Of a stretch of DNA of 58,416 bases, positions 10,480 through 23,419 are shown one piece after another. How positions within the stretch are numbered: the first letter of the stretch is position 1; each line of letters opens with the position of its first letter. The stretch is from Chromera velia (taxonomy: Eukaryota), in NCBI GenBank assembly GCA_018398765.1, contig JAHBMJ010000081.1:1-58416 (forward strand), read 5' to 3'. Position numbers and translations under genes: made by a program. The notes beneath the pieces are model-generated. The model made no database searches and was not told the DNA's origin. It saw only the letters and a list, made by a program, of their open reading frames with translations.

Positions 10480-13400
10480 TCAGTCGTCAGACCAGCAGAA
10501 CACGATTTCGGGCAGTCGTCCCGCGAGTTTTTTGAGTGCGTCCTCCCACCTTCGGGGCATTCTGCACTGATTCTCCCCGATGGCAACTCTGAGGAGTGCT
10601 GGGAGCCTTTTTAAGGCAAGGAAAGCCCCCAGAGCCAAGGCACCCTCGTCGGTGAGTCTGTTCAGGGAGAGGTCTAATTCTTTTAGGGGGGGAGGGGGGC
10701 GACGGATCCACCCGTCTGTCAGCCTTTTCAGCTTTCGGTCTGTGAGGGCTGCCTTCAAAATCTTCAGCACTGTCAGTCTCGGAACTGTGTCTGCATTCAG
10801 AGCAGCAGAGAGCCACCCTGCTGCCTCTTCATGCATGATACAGACATGATCGAGGGTCAGCTGACGGAGGGATGCCAGCCGAGCCATCTGAATCCCGTGG
10901 CACAGCGAACGGAACTCTGCTTCGGGTCTTTGAATGTTTGAGAGACGGAGGTGCTCCAGTCTCGTGAGAGACCTGGAGAAATCTGGAAGGGCTCGGGAGA
11001 ACGTCTGTACTTCTACTGCGGGGGCCTCCTCTTCCTCTTCCTCTTCCTGCTGCTGCTGCTGCTGCAGAGGGTCTGGACGGAAGTACACAGTCTCCTCCTC
11101 GAAAGTCTTTGCTGGAGGACCGAACGATACATCGAGCGAAGTCAACGACGGAGGGGAAAACCACCACAGGCATGCGGATAGGGCCGCCACCCCTTCAAGA
11201 TCCCCCACCCCCACCTGCACCTTTATTTCACTCAGGCTAGGCACCTTTCCTCTGGCTACCACTGCAGCAAGCGGTCGCGGTGACAAGAAGTGGTGTTCAA
11301 GGGGGGCCGGCGCTGTGTCAGCATAGTAATACGCGAGCACTTTGCGGAGAGCGCGGAGACCGGCAGATCCCCTTCCCAACCCCCTCCAAAAGGACTCTGC
11401 GGTTTCCTCGGTTGAAAGGGAGCGGCACGTGGCAAAGGCCACCTCCTCGAGATTGACCATACCGGCGTTCTCATCAGCCATGGCTTGGCCTAATCCTGCT
11501 GCTGATTCGGAGGTGAAGAGAACCCCGAAGGATCTGAGAATTTGGAGACATTTCATGTGCCCCGTCCGGATTGTCTCTGTCAGACGAACCAAAACATCCC
11601 CCTCTTCTCTCTCACCATCATTCCCATGAATATGCAATTCCATTTTCAACTCAGGGGGGCAATTCCCAACACGCAGACCCTCGCAAAAAGAGGACATGAC
11701 AGGACTCATAGGCCAGTCCAGGTACATCTTTCGCAGAGACGGAACTCTGCCTGTGCTAAGAACCCGCCCGAATGCCTCCGCCCCCTTCGCCCCCTCTTTC
11801 TGAAATACGACGCTCAGGTCCTCTAGGCAAGGCATACCCCCTGCACCTAGGATCTGTGCCAGACCCACCAACGACTGCCCGTCACTGTCTGTCATGCAAT
11901 CCCATCTCAAGTCCAGCTTTCGGAGACGCGACCCCGGCCCCACCCTCGACCCGAGAGCAAAAAACAACAACGATATATGTGCAGATACTGCGCAAAACTC
12001 CTCTAAATCAAGTGTGAAATTCTCCACATGTCTCAACCCCCCTTGTCTGACTGCTGCAATGATGGCCTTCATTGTTTCTTGACAACTTTCTTCACTGCTT
12101 GCCTCCTGAACTTCAACGTTGAGTGTACGTAGCTGGGGGGCTGTGCGGTCTGACAGAGCTCGGAACAGGGGGATGGCAGACTCGGGTGACAGATCGTCCC
12201 GCTTGACCATAGTCAGCTGGGTGAGCTGGGAGAGACACCCAGAGTTGAGGGCATCTGCAAACGCATGAATGCCAGGTTCGTCCTCCTCTGACCAACTCTT
12301 TCTTTCTCCTCTCCTTTTCTCCATCTTCCTCCCCTCTGTTACAAACGCCCTCGGCCTCCCCCCCCCACTAGAGAGACCCAGCTCCTCGAGGCGAGGAGCG
12401 TCTTGCTGTTGGAGGGCGGTGAGGAGTGAGGCGGTTTCTCTGGAGGAAATCGAATTGCCACAGAGGTTGAGGACGCGGAGTTTCGGGAAACGTCCGTTTT
12501 GTGCGATGGAGGATGCGCACACACGCTTAGGCGCACCCGGAACCCCCAGCTCTTCCTCGAACAAAGCGTTCTCACTCAGGTCGAGCTCTTCTAGGGCAGT
12601 CAGGCGGTCTGTGGTCAGAAGTTTGGAAAGCGGGGCGTAGCCTGCGACCCCTCTGCCGGTCACTTCATCAAATTTGATCAGATTGTTTCTCTTGAGATTC
12701 AGGTTTCTCATCTCAGGGACTGCACCTGCAGTACAGAGTGCATCGACTAGGTCTTCGAACCCCTCTGGACCCATCTGATTCTCTGCCAAATCTAGAGTTT
12801 GCAAGGAGCTCACTCTCTTCTCTTTCAATGCCTCTGCCAGCCCCTTAACTCCTTCCTTTTTCGCCCCCACACGGGCCAGTCGCAGAGACTGTAGGGGGGT
12901 GTAGAGACCTTCCGCAAGCGCCCGCACGCCCAGAGGGCCTAGCGGGTTGTCACTGAGGTCTACGGACATGAGGACGGGCAGCCAACGGGCAGAGAACGCC
13001 TCCATGGCTGCAAGGCGGAAATTGTTGCCTGCGCGCATGCAGCAAAAGAGGACAACATGAAATCGAAGGCTGCAAAGCAGCAAGAAGACGAAAATCCCCC
13101 CCCAGGCGAGAAGGAACTACCTGAAAGACATGCATGCCGATGGACGGTGACGCAAGGTCAGAGCTGGACGCCAGGTCTGGGAGGTCGGTCTGACGGTGCG
13201 GGCATAGAACCGAAGAAGCGTTTGGGTGGGTAGCAAGGGATGAACCTAGCTGTTATTAAAAGAAAATATTTTGAGTTCTGCAACGGATAAACAGAGGCGA
13301 TATATACAGATACAGAGACAGGCACATGCACACATACGCACATTTACACAGAAAGAGAGGCACCGGCCCTACCCACCTTTGAGATCGAGGCGCTCGAGGG

Positions 13401-13971
13401 AGGGAGGCAGGGAGGAGAACAACGCCGACACTTCCCTCAGCTCACACTCTGCAGTCAATCGGAGTAAGGAGAAGCAAAAGGAAAGGACAAATGTGAAAAC
13501 CGATCCCCCATATCTTCTTAACTCTTTGAATGAAGCAGCCAGGCAGCCGTAGGGCGACGGACGATCGATTGATCGACTGAATGAGCACTCCTTTGCATCT
13601 TTTGACTCTCGTCTACAAAGAAAGATTCATTGCCGTTCTGCATGTATGGATTTAATTCTTTGGACGCCTTCTTTTCCTTTATTTCTGGGTTCTGAACACA
13701 GAGAGAAGCAGCCGTCCTGCCTGCCTGCCGCATCAGATCATATCTTTGTCAGATCGAAAGATCACGTGCGGACCAGCAAGTCAATTCTCTTCCTAGGCCG
13801 CTCACTCACACGTAATTAATTGTGCAAACGCCTGACTCCACCTCCCAACACAAAAGGCAAGTAGGGACTCATGCACGCAGAGAGAACGCTTAACGTTGCT
13901 CCCACTCTTTTTCTTTTTTTCTTTCTTTCTTTTTTTCTTTCTTTCTTTCTTTCTTTCTTTCTTTTTTTTTT

Positions 13972-14009
<38 letters not shown>

Positions 14010-15426
14010 TTCTTTCTTTCCTTCTTTCTTTCTTTTTTTCTTTCTTTATTTCTTTATTTATTTCGTTCGTTGTGTCTGTTCCTTTCTTTCCTTCCTTCCT
14101 TCATCCTTTCCTCCTTTCCTTCTCGGTCTCTCTCCGCACCCACACAGACACCGACAGAGAGAGAGACTGACTCGCAGCAATCAGGCTCTTCAATCGTCTC
14201 CCATCACCCCCTGAGGCTTCCTCCTCCTCCTCCTCCTCCTCAGAACCTTTGAGACGCTGGAGGAAGGTCAGGACCGCCGGAAAAAAATCCTCTGTGCAGA
14301 CACGCGGACCTGTGCAAACAAAAAAACAAACAAGCAAAGAAAGAAAGGAAAAGAGAGAAAGCCACGGAGAGACAGAAGAGTGGGGAAGGAGGACAAGAGG
14401 CGAGAATGAAAACTAATCGATGAAATGATCTGATGCAACAAAGACTCTCAAGACGACTGCATGCCTCCTGCTTCTCGTTTCGCCCGTCGATCGTCTTTGC
14501 CTGTTTGTCCCTAGCTCGGTCAGTTTGGAGGTGGGTAGGTAGGCTAGCGTGTTTCTTCCTCTTTGTGCTCATCCGTCTGTGGGCTTTGGCTCGATCTTTG
14601 CTCGACTGTCAAACTGCTCGATCAAGCAACTCAAAAGTGACGGACAAGAAGCAACAGTGGCGCTGAACTGCCCATGTCGCTTTTTTGCCTACGGATGGGA
14701 TGGGCGTTCATCTTTCTTTCGATTGTCCTGCCTGCCGCTCAAGAGATGCTCACTCCAAAGAACCCTTCGCATTCAGAGATCTGGGGAGGAAACGAGACGG
14801 GAAAAATTGAGACAGAAGGGGTCCCAACAGGAACTTTGACAAGAAAAGTGCTAAACTTAACACTATCCGGTGGAAGTACTTCGAAGGAGGGAGGGAGGAA
14901 GGAAGGAAGGAAGGAATGAGAGTGTTTGCTTTCAATCAATTGACTCACCCAGCTTTAGAGTTTCTGGAGCAGTCGTGGTTGACAGGAGGAAGTCGAGCTT
15001 CCCATTGCTGAGAGAGAAGTCTGCAACAGAACCGTACTAGTGATCGTCCATTCAGACGTTAACAGAAAAGAAATTCAAACAGCTCATAGCACTGACTCAG
15101 TGAACCCACCACACACACGCCTTCTACAGAGGCAGGGCAGACTAGAGTCACAGGAGAGAGGGAGAGAGAGAGAGAGAGAGTCTCTCCTGAAATCTCACGA
15201 AGCAACATCACACATCGATCGGCCATCCATCTCTCCTCTTCTCTTCGCTAGGCTTCACATGCAAGGCCCATCAACGCAAAGACACTGTAGTGACTGAACC
15301 AACCTACCAGCACACCGTCCCCCTCACATGCAGTAAGTACCTCTCGATCCTTCCACAGACCGAGAGAGAGCCGTGTGACCTACCGGAGAGGTCCAAAATC
15401 GTGAAGGGGAAAGAGTCCTCACACTG

Positions 15427-15491
<65 letters not shown>

Positions 15492-16587
15492 AGAGGGAGG
15501 GAGAGGGAGGGAGAATGAGAGGCCATCTATCAGAGCTTCCCTCTCCATTGCCACTCGACAGAGTTCGAGGTGTAGGCATGGGGCTCCCTTTCTTCCTTCC
15601 TTATCTCTTTCCTTCCTTCCTTCCTTCCTTTCTCTGTTTGCGTTTCGCCCTTTGACGCGCACTCCCTAGTTTTTCCTTTTGGCGAGAGGCACGCACATCA
15701 ATAACACAACCAGGAAGGCAGGCAAAGAGGTGGACGTGTGGATGCGAAAGAGCGTCAAAGGAATGCAGACCGAGAGACGGGTCTGCAGGCAAGCAGACAG
15801 ATAGGCAAGCCAACAAACCAGCGAGAGATTCCATCACAAAACATGACAGGCGCGTTCGAATAGACAGACGCCCATTTGCCTGCCTGCCTGCCTGCCTGAC
15901 CAGTCGTATGTTCTGGAGGAGCAACCAGCCCAACCCGAAGCTGTCTCTGTGCGAGATGTATTCGGAGATGTCCTGAGAAAAGAAAAGAAAAGAAAAGAAT
16001 GCAGGGGGGAGGGAAGGGAAGGGAGGATCGTGGCAGAGAACAAGAAAGGATGGATCGAGAGAAAGTCACCCCTTTGCGTCCGAAACAACCCCAAAAAAAG
16101 TGACCGGGAGGGATCTTTCGGCACTTTTGCCAGGAAAACAATTAAGCCAAAGAGATTGAACTTCAAGAAAAAAAGTCTTTTGAGAGAAGGCACGGGGGGA
16201 CGACTAGGGATACAGTCGTTGTGGGCAAGAAGCAAAGCATGATCGCAAACTCATTGGAGCTCAGACTGCCGCAGTTCAGCTTGTTGGTCGGTCAGCTTTC
16301 ACTCGAAGACAGAAAGCCGAGAGCGTGCGCGCGCGCAAGAGACGGAGGGGGGAAAGAGGGAGAAAGGAGAAAAAAGAAAAGAAGAAAGGAAAAATTTAAA
16401 AAAGGAGGGAGAGAGGGAGGGGGGAAGGAAAGAAGGAGAGAAAGCAATCACACACACAGGCAGAGAGGCAGGCAGAAAGGAGGCGAAGCAGCCACACAGG
16501 TGGTTCTCTGACCTTTGCACTTAATCTCTTCGAATTGAGACCTCCAAGACGACACTCCATTTGCGTTTCAGCTTTTCCAGATTCCAT
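10480..16587 (-). CDS. Leucine-rich repeat protein (RI-like LRR), multi-exon
   Basis: A large terminal exon at ~13028-10480 carries LxxLDLSxN repeats (VDLSDNPLG, LQTLDLAENQMG, LEELDLSENAL, LKELDLSLNRLT). An upstream exon at ~13449-13377 encodes ECELREVSALFSSLPPSLERLDLKG. The first exon 16587-16513 encodes MESGKAETQMECRLGGLNSKRLSAK. Internal exons are approximate. Confidence 0.8.
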
Positions 16588-17581
16588 CTTGAAAAACGAA
16601 GAGCAACCAAGGAGAACTCGAAGGGAACGAAAAGAAGAGGAAGGAGACGACGACAGAGACGGAGAGTGCACCAACAACCTGCAGTGAGTGAGGGCCGCAT
16701 CGTGTAAGTTCATTCAGCAGATTTAGTTCGAGCAGCGTCTGAAGGGCTTTTCGGGATCTTGGTGAACTCAGATTCAAAGGAATCGGATCGCTTATCTTTC
16801 CGTTTCTCTCAAACACGGTTCATGAAAAGACTTACAAGACGCCTTTCTTTCAAGGAGACTCTTCGAGACTGCATGTGTCGGCCTTCTGATGCTGCAGATC
16901 TGTGACGATCGGCTTTCTCATTCTCAGCCACATCAGTCCTCTATTTTACTTCATCCAGTCTCTGCTGACTGTGCTGTGATGTGATGTGGTAGGTGAAGCC
17001 CTACGCTAAACCGGAGCCACACCCGTAGCCTCACAGCAAGCCCATGAACAACCTAGCTGACATTCTGACACGCTGTGACATCTGCTTAAAAAGGAAGGGC
17101 TGAGTGAGAACAGAGAAACAAGAGACAAACCGCCACCCGGGTAAGCTCATTAACCGTCACTGCCGCTTCCTATCCTGATCTGGCCCACGTACCTGTCTTC
17201 TCACTTCACTTTTGGCTGTGCAGCGTCAGGTTTTTTCTTGCGTCTCAATGGAGGTCGAAGCCTTCTGCACAGACGGGACGAATAAACTCGAAGACCCCAG
17301 CTTTCCGTATGGGAGCCAGTTGCTTCACGCGTGTTCTCGAGGCTGTAAAAATGGATTGGAATGTGCGGAAGGAATGGAGGAGTGCGTAGGTGATCTGAGG
17401 AGGATTGATGGCAGAAAATGGCAGAAAGATGCAAGTTCAAATTTGTTCTGCAGCCCTTTTTCACGAGACGCCGACGCGTCGAGCACGCACGCCCGTCCGA
17501 AGCCCGAAGATTTAGCCCGATCCAGCTGATCGGCAGGACCCGCGCCCGGCCGGAAGCTATACCTTTGCCTGCGCCATGCAT

Positions 17582-19418
17582 TAGGTAATCTCACTTATAA
17601 AACGACATTTTTGAGCTTGGATGGGACAGTGTGACTGTAGACGGATGGCTGCCTGACCTGGCCATGCAGGCATATGCGTGCGTGCGTCATAGAACATTGC
17701 ACATACATGCAGTCGCACGGATACCAATCTGTTGCCACCGTCTCTCTCTGTTCTTTTCTTTTTCCTGACCAATCTCAAATGAAAAGTGGCACAGAAGCTA
17801 CGACATTCAAAACGAAGACCAGATCTGAGATCGTGATAATTTTCCGATGCGATTCGTACTGTTTTCAGGCTAAAATGGCGATATTTTTTATCTTTTCATT
17901 TCTGTTTGGCGTGTAGAAAAGCCTGGAGCAGGGGGGCGGCTACGCCGCCAGATGATGGCTCGTCCTCTACCTCCTTTACTCTATGAAAGTTGGCAGCGGG
18001 TAAGTGCAGGAACATGTGACTGGGTAGAGAGGGAAGAAGTTGAACGCGTTTTGAGAGAAAGAGATGTAGAAGTGGGAAGCCAGAAGGTAGTCCGAGACGA
18101 TCACGTAAATTATGTGTTGCTGGGAGTGACGTCGCCTGGAGAAACTCTCCGGATATGGTGTGGAACGGAAACAGCAGGCCCACGGGATGGAGGAAAGAAA
18201 GCTAAATAGATTGCTGCTGCTCGTGTGTTCGGTTTGGGAAAACCGAAAGGTTTTTTCTTTCATTTCTCGTCAGAGCCAGGGAAAGGGACACCGTGGCTGT
18301 CTTGTTTAGACAGAAGCAGCGTGAGGGTGTATGTGGTGGATGTTGTGAAATCACAGACGGTCTCCTACGAAGTGGAGGCTGATTTCACAGGTGCTCTTTA
18401 TGCAATAGAATATGCGAGAGGGCGGATTATGAAATGGACCCGTCCTTTCAAGAAAATCCAAGTGCGGGGCGCATTCATAGGAAGGGGGGAGATGGAGAAG
18501 CTAGAAGAAGAGACGATGAGAGGTCTCGTTTTTACCTATGGGCCCGAGTGGAAGGCTCGGATGGTCGATGAGGATGGAACATGGCTCTATGGATTGCCCC
18601 TGTTGTGGGCGCATGTGTGTGGCCGCTGTTTTCGTTGTGGGGGGTGTGTAAAAGAGTGTGGCGGTGCAAGAAGTTGTTCGGTTGTTCTTCCCCCTTTGCC
18701 TCCCCGTAGAGGCGTTGGACGGCCTCGCAATGCATGTGACATCTGCCGAAGAGACCCCANNNNNNNNNNNNNNNNNNNNNNNNNNNNNNNNNNNNNNNNN
18801 NNNNNNNNNNNNNNNNNNNNNNNNNNNNNNNNNNNNNNNNNNNNNNNNNNNNNNNNNNNNNNNNNNNNNNNNNNAAACGTCAGGTGCCTGCAAGATGGTC
18901 AGTGCGCTGCCCGTGCAGAAGCTCGTGCAGAGACTTAATTTAGAAAATAACAGACATTTGAGTGTTTTTATACTTTTTGTGGGTCATTACTAAGTTTTCT
19001 ATTTAAAATAAAATTTATACTTGTGTGGCTGATTTCTATCTATTTTTTTAGAGATTTGTTGTTTTTTTCTCTATAGAAAGTCCCTACGATGTCTATTTAT
19101 GATTGAGATTACCTATAGAAATGTAATAGTAAAATATATAGCAGTAATAGTGAAATNNNNNNNNNNNNNNNNNNNNNAAACGTCAGGTGCCTGCAAGATG
19201 GTCAGTGCGCTGCCCGTGCAGAAGCTCGTGCAGAGACTTAATTTAGAAAATAACAGACATTTGAGTGTTTTTATACTTTTTGTGGGTCATTACTAAGTTT
19301 TCTATTTAAAATAAAATTTATACTTGTGTGGCTGATTTCTATCTATTTTTTTAGAGATTTGTTGTTTTTTTCTCTATAGAAAGTCCCTACGATGTCTATT
19401 TATGATTGAGATTACCTA
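17582..19418. mobile_element. TIR DNA transposon (~1.5-1.8 kb; contains assembly gaps and a duplicated right end)
   Basis: Left TAGGTAATCTCActtataaaacgacat matches the reverse complement TAGGTAATCTCAatcataaatagacat. ATGCAT flanks it at 17576-17581 and 19419-19424. A second copy of the right end diverges immediately after GATTACCTA (~19115), which marks the terminus. Confidence 0.85.
17952..18943 (+). pseudogene. Element-borne ORF with Cys-rich C-terminus, interrupted by an in-frame TAG and an N gap
   Basis: ORFs 17952-18209 and 18225 onward share one frame and are separated only by TAG at 18207-18209. The C-terminus reads CGRCFRCGGCVKEC...C...RRGVGRPRNACDIC. After the gap one frame reads RCPCRSSCRDLI*. 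Confidence 0.5.
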
Positions 19419-19571
19419 ATGCATGCATGACTTTCGCGCGCAGTGAGCGCGAAAAGAGTTGTTTCTACATGTTTATTTTTTTTTTATCTGCAACTCTTTG
19501 GGGTGCCTCTTTTATATACACATTTTTGTAGCTCAGACTACATATATATATATATATATATATATAGAGCT

Positions 19572-19621
<50 letters not shown>

Positions 19622-19786
19622 GACTCTCTCTTTCTACATCCCCATTCTCAACAAGTTCTCCCGCTACATCTTATCCAGTGCTCTCTCTGCGTGAGTGTGT
19701 GAGACTGTCGGAGTTTGACTGTTCAGGGGTGGGCTGAGGCCGTTAACTGATGCAAGCTCAACACCAGCCTGCTGCGCCGCAGCACA

Positions 19787-20942
19787 ATGTCTTCAATCAA
19801 CCTGGGCAGGTGATTAACCAGCCAGGTCAAGTTAACTTCGTTATGCAGCTCCCACCAAACCAGTCAGTCTGAATGATACGTGAAGCCATTTGAGAGATGA
19901 GTGTCCCTTTATTTGAAGCAGGCATGCAAACAACAGTAGAAAGCTACATATATAGACCGTAATGCAGCGCGAACGTCGTATACACGTGTACGTGCGTGTG
20001 CTTGCATGTGTTTATGAGTATATAAATATGTAGAAATTTGTCCCTGCAGGTCGCGCAAATCTTCAACGCGCCCGTCTGTCCAGAGGGCTCATCCGTACCC
20101 CGAAGAGACACCAGGTCAAAAAGTCAATCGACTGCAGACGACGGTTGTGCAGCTCTCTGACGAGTCAGTCGCCATGGGGGGTGCGATGTGCCAACGGTGT
20201 GTATGAGAAGTGATTCATGTACACTCATGTGCAAATGGGCACGAGCGGCACACTTTTCTTAGCGCTTTATGCTGGCGTGTGAGGGTGTTGTCCAGCTCAA
20301 ACAACATTGCGGAGGCTGCCCCTCTGGGATGCTGTCAGGCCGCGCGTCGCGGAGCTATGACCCTCTTCGGCATAACACCAACACTCTGGGCTGCCACCTA
20401 GGGTGCTGTTCTGGCCCTGTGTGCCGGGAAACACATGACATTTTCGGGTGCACCACCTTTTGTGCTGCAGCAGATCGATGCATGCATGGTATCGTGAAAA
20501 CACAAATATTGTGTTTTTACTTTGTGCACGTGTCTGTCTGCCGTATGTGCACATATGATCTCTAAGGGTTGCCCCCTCTAAGGGATCATGTGGCCCTTCA
20601 TGGGATACATGACTTCACTTTCTCTTACACACAGATTTGTACGCTGCCACATGTGCACTCCTGCCCTTTGTAGATTTCTGCGTACGCACCCTCTTTGTGT
20701 GTGTATGCAGAGAATACATCCACGCCGCCTTTGCCAAGGACATCACAAAGAGGCCGAAAACAAACAACACCCTGGAAGGAGAGACGGTGTACTACAAGCG
20801 CTACAACATCAGACGGGTGCCCAATCCCGTCCCCGACCCATTATTATTTAATGATCAAATAATGATCAAAAAACACTTCTGTACACTTCTATACAAAAAA
20901 ATGAAACTAAACGAAGCAAAACGAAACTATGCGGGAGCTTAG
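19787..20942 (+). pseudogene. Degenerate spliced gene fragment of unknown function
   Basis: Phase-consistent exons 19787-19809, 20050-20163 and 20296 onward give MSSINLGRSRKSSTRPSVQRAHPYPEE..., with an in-frame TAG at 20399-20401. A later exon encodes EYIHAAFAKDITKRPKTNNTLEGETVYYKRYNIRR. Confidence 0.35.
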
Positions 20943-20987
20943 CGCTCCAATTGCATGGGATGATATATCTTCTAACCGTTTTTAACG

Positions 20988-23027
20988 TATCGACCAGATT
21001 TGATTTGATAGGATTTGATTTGAGCTTCAAGCTCAAATCTGACCAAATTTGAGGTAGATTTGAGGTTGAAGTCTACAGGTCGCTCTCGACAGCACTGAAG
21101 ACAACATGACACAGTCAACACCACTAGTAAATCCTAGAAAGCCCTAGAGATAAGAAAATTACTAAAAATTAGACTAAAAGCTAAATTAAGACTCTCAAAA
21201 TTATAATCAGGGTTGCTTTTCTGGTCGGTAACAGGTCTAGTCTACCGGCAATTGCCGGTAACCGGTAATGGCCTCAGTCTGCCTTCCTTTTACCGACAAA
21301 AAAAATGATAAAAATTAGGGTCCAAAACAAAAAAAAAACAATCGCCTGCGGCGCCACCCTTTGAAAACATGTTTTTAAGTGTTTATTGGCATTTGAAAAG
21401 CCTATTCACATACAAAAAAAAAAAAAATTAAAAAAATATAAATTTTTAACTGCTTCACCCCTATAAGTGGCAAAAAGTTTTAACAGCTCTATGACAGCGT
21501 TTATCCAACAACTACTCTCTTTTTTGACTTTGCTTCATCTTTCACTGTTCTGCTTCTCTGTATATCAGGCCTTAACCGGCGTTAGAGAGCGATCAAAGTA
21601 AGAGACAAAAAAAGTTTACTTCTTTCTGAAAAACGAGGAGATGGTAAGCCTGCAGCTTTGTACTTACGCAGCCCCTGCCCGGTTTGCTGAAGGGGGAAGA
21701 GCAAGAAGAACATTGCCTCCTCGAGCTCCCCCCGTGGTACGGCTGGGTCTAGGGCTGGGTGGTCTCGGACGGAAAGAGGAAAGGGCTTTCCTTGTCTCTA
21801 TTCGCCTATACGCACAGGCCCAAATTGCCACCCAATCAACTTAATTCTGTTCCCATACTCGCTCTCTCTGTCTCTGTCTGCTCACACACAAACCCAATTG
21901 CTTTTCGTTCACATACTTGACCTCCCTGTCTCTACAAACGCCTAACCACCTTTCATTCATATACTTGCTTTCCCTGTCTCTGTTTGCTTATTTACTTATT
22001 ATTTTTTCATGTCTGCTTGCTTGCAGATGGTAAATCTCCACCCCCCTGGGTCTCCAGAGTTAGAGGCGGTGGACTCTTTCCATTGTTGAAATTGCGTAGG
22101 TGCATTTGTCTGGGCCAGCTGTGGTCATTGTGGCCAGCGGTTCTCTGTCTTTGGGCGCCAAGTGCAAGACGGGACCCATCGCTTCGACCTGCGTCATCTT
22201 CAAGCGCACTGGCCGCATAGCTGTCCCTACAGATGACGCATTGACTTTTTGAATTGACCTTAAGTCTAGCCTTAAGTGATTGATTGATTGACCTATAATC
22301 TAGGACTTAGGTTATTGAAAAGTATTAGTGACTCAGTCTATTAGAATTCTGCCAAGTCTTTGCCAACTGCCAGCAAACTCTGCCGGTAAATACCGGTTAC
22401 CAGTAATGAAGCTTGTCTACCGCCAAAAAAATCGGTAACCCTAATTATAATGAGCTATTATCAAAGCTAAGAGCTTACATAGTTAAGAGCTTACAATTAC
22501 ATTACTCTTTCTTTCTGCAGGCCACACTTTCTTCATATAGCCGGCAGTATATACTAATGGGGCCTTCTTGTTGTTATGATCTGTGGGATTGTTTGACATC
22601 GTTGATCAGTTTGATAACGGGGGACCCAAAAAGAGCCTAAGGCAAAGAAAGAAGCGTAAACACTGCTACAGGACAATAAAGAACCACTTCAAATCCTTAA
22701 TCAAAACTTGAATGTCTAGAAAATAAACTCAATGACCTCCTTTTCACTGAACAGACATTTGGAAAAGCTTTTAGGCGTTCATATTCATGTAAAACTGATA
22801 AAAAAATCTTTTTGTAATCTTTTTTTTTTTTACGAAAAAAAAAGTGTGAAGACTCATTTAAGAGACTGAATGACGGATTAAGCTCGAAGATTTGAGGTTA
22901 AAGGGTCAGATTTGAAGTAGATTTGATAGGATTTGATAGGCCCTCTCATGCTAAAGTCTCTTAGGCCTAAGATTTGATTTGAGATTAAGCCCTACTTCAA
23001 ATCAAATCAAATCAAATCTGGTCACTA
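20988..23027. mobile_element. hAT-type non-autonomous element (outer)
   Basis: Perfect 8-bp TSD TTTTAACG at 20980-20987 and 23028-23035. TIRs are TATCGACCAGATTTGATTTGAT and reverse complement TAGTGACCAGATTTGATTTGAT. GATTT subterminal repeats occur at both ends. Confidence 0.85.
21208..22443. mobile_element. hAT-type non-autonomous element (inner, nested)
   Basis: Perfect 8-bp TSD ATTATAAT at 21200-21207 and 22444-22451. Termini are CAGGGTT...AACCCTA. CCGGTA/TACCGG subterminal repeats are present. Confidence 0.85.
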
Positions 23028-23419
23028 TTTTAACGATGTCTAACCATGCATATTATTAACTAAGACTAACTAAACTAATTTAAACTAGGATTGCATTTAC
23101 TTGATTTACTCTAAGTCTAAGTAACTCTTATTCATCTTATAAAACCATTTAAAAACAAATTGAATTTAAGAATTGAAACAAATTTTTAAAAACTTGTTGC
23201 ATACGGCCCATGATCCGGGTATACCGATAGTCATTTAGGCAACAGAGCTCTTTTAAAACAATAAGCTATACAGTAGTATACACCCTTAATTGCTATAGTC
23301 CACTGCAACCTTTAATTTGAAAATTAAGTGCATACAATATGTTTAGGCCGCGCCTTCAGTGCAGACAGCGCAGGCCGGCGGTCTCAGACGGTCGGCAGAT
23401 ATGTACTACGTTTTCACAA

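Noticed and set aside
17952..18943. Fanzor/TnpB identity for the element-borne Cys-rich ORF
   Set aside because: No RuvC I/II/III motifs are recognisable, and the Cys spacing differs from the TnpB zinc ribbon. A profile search would settle it.
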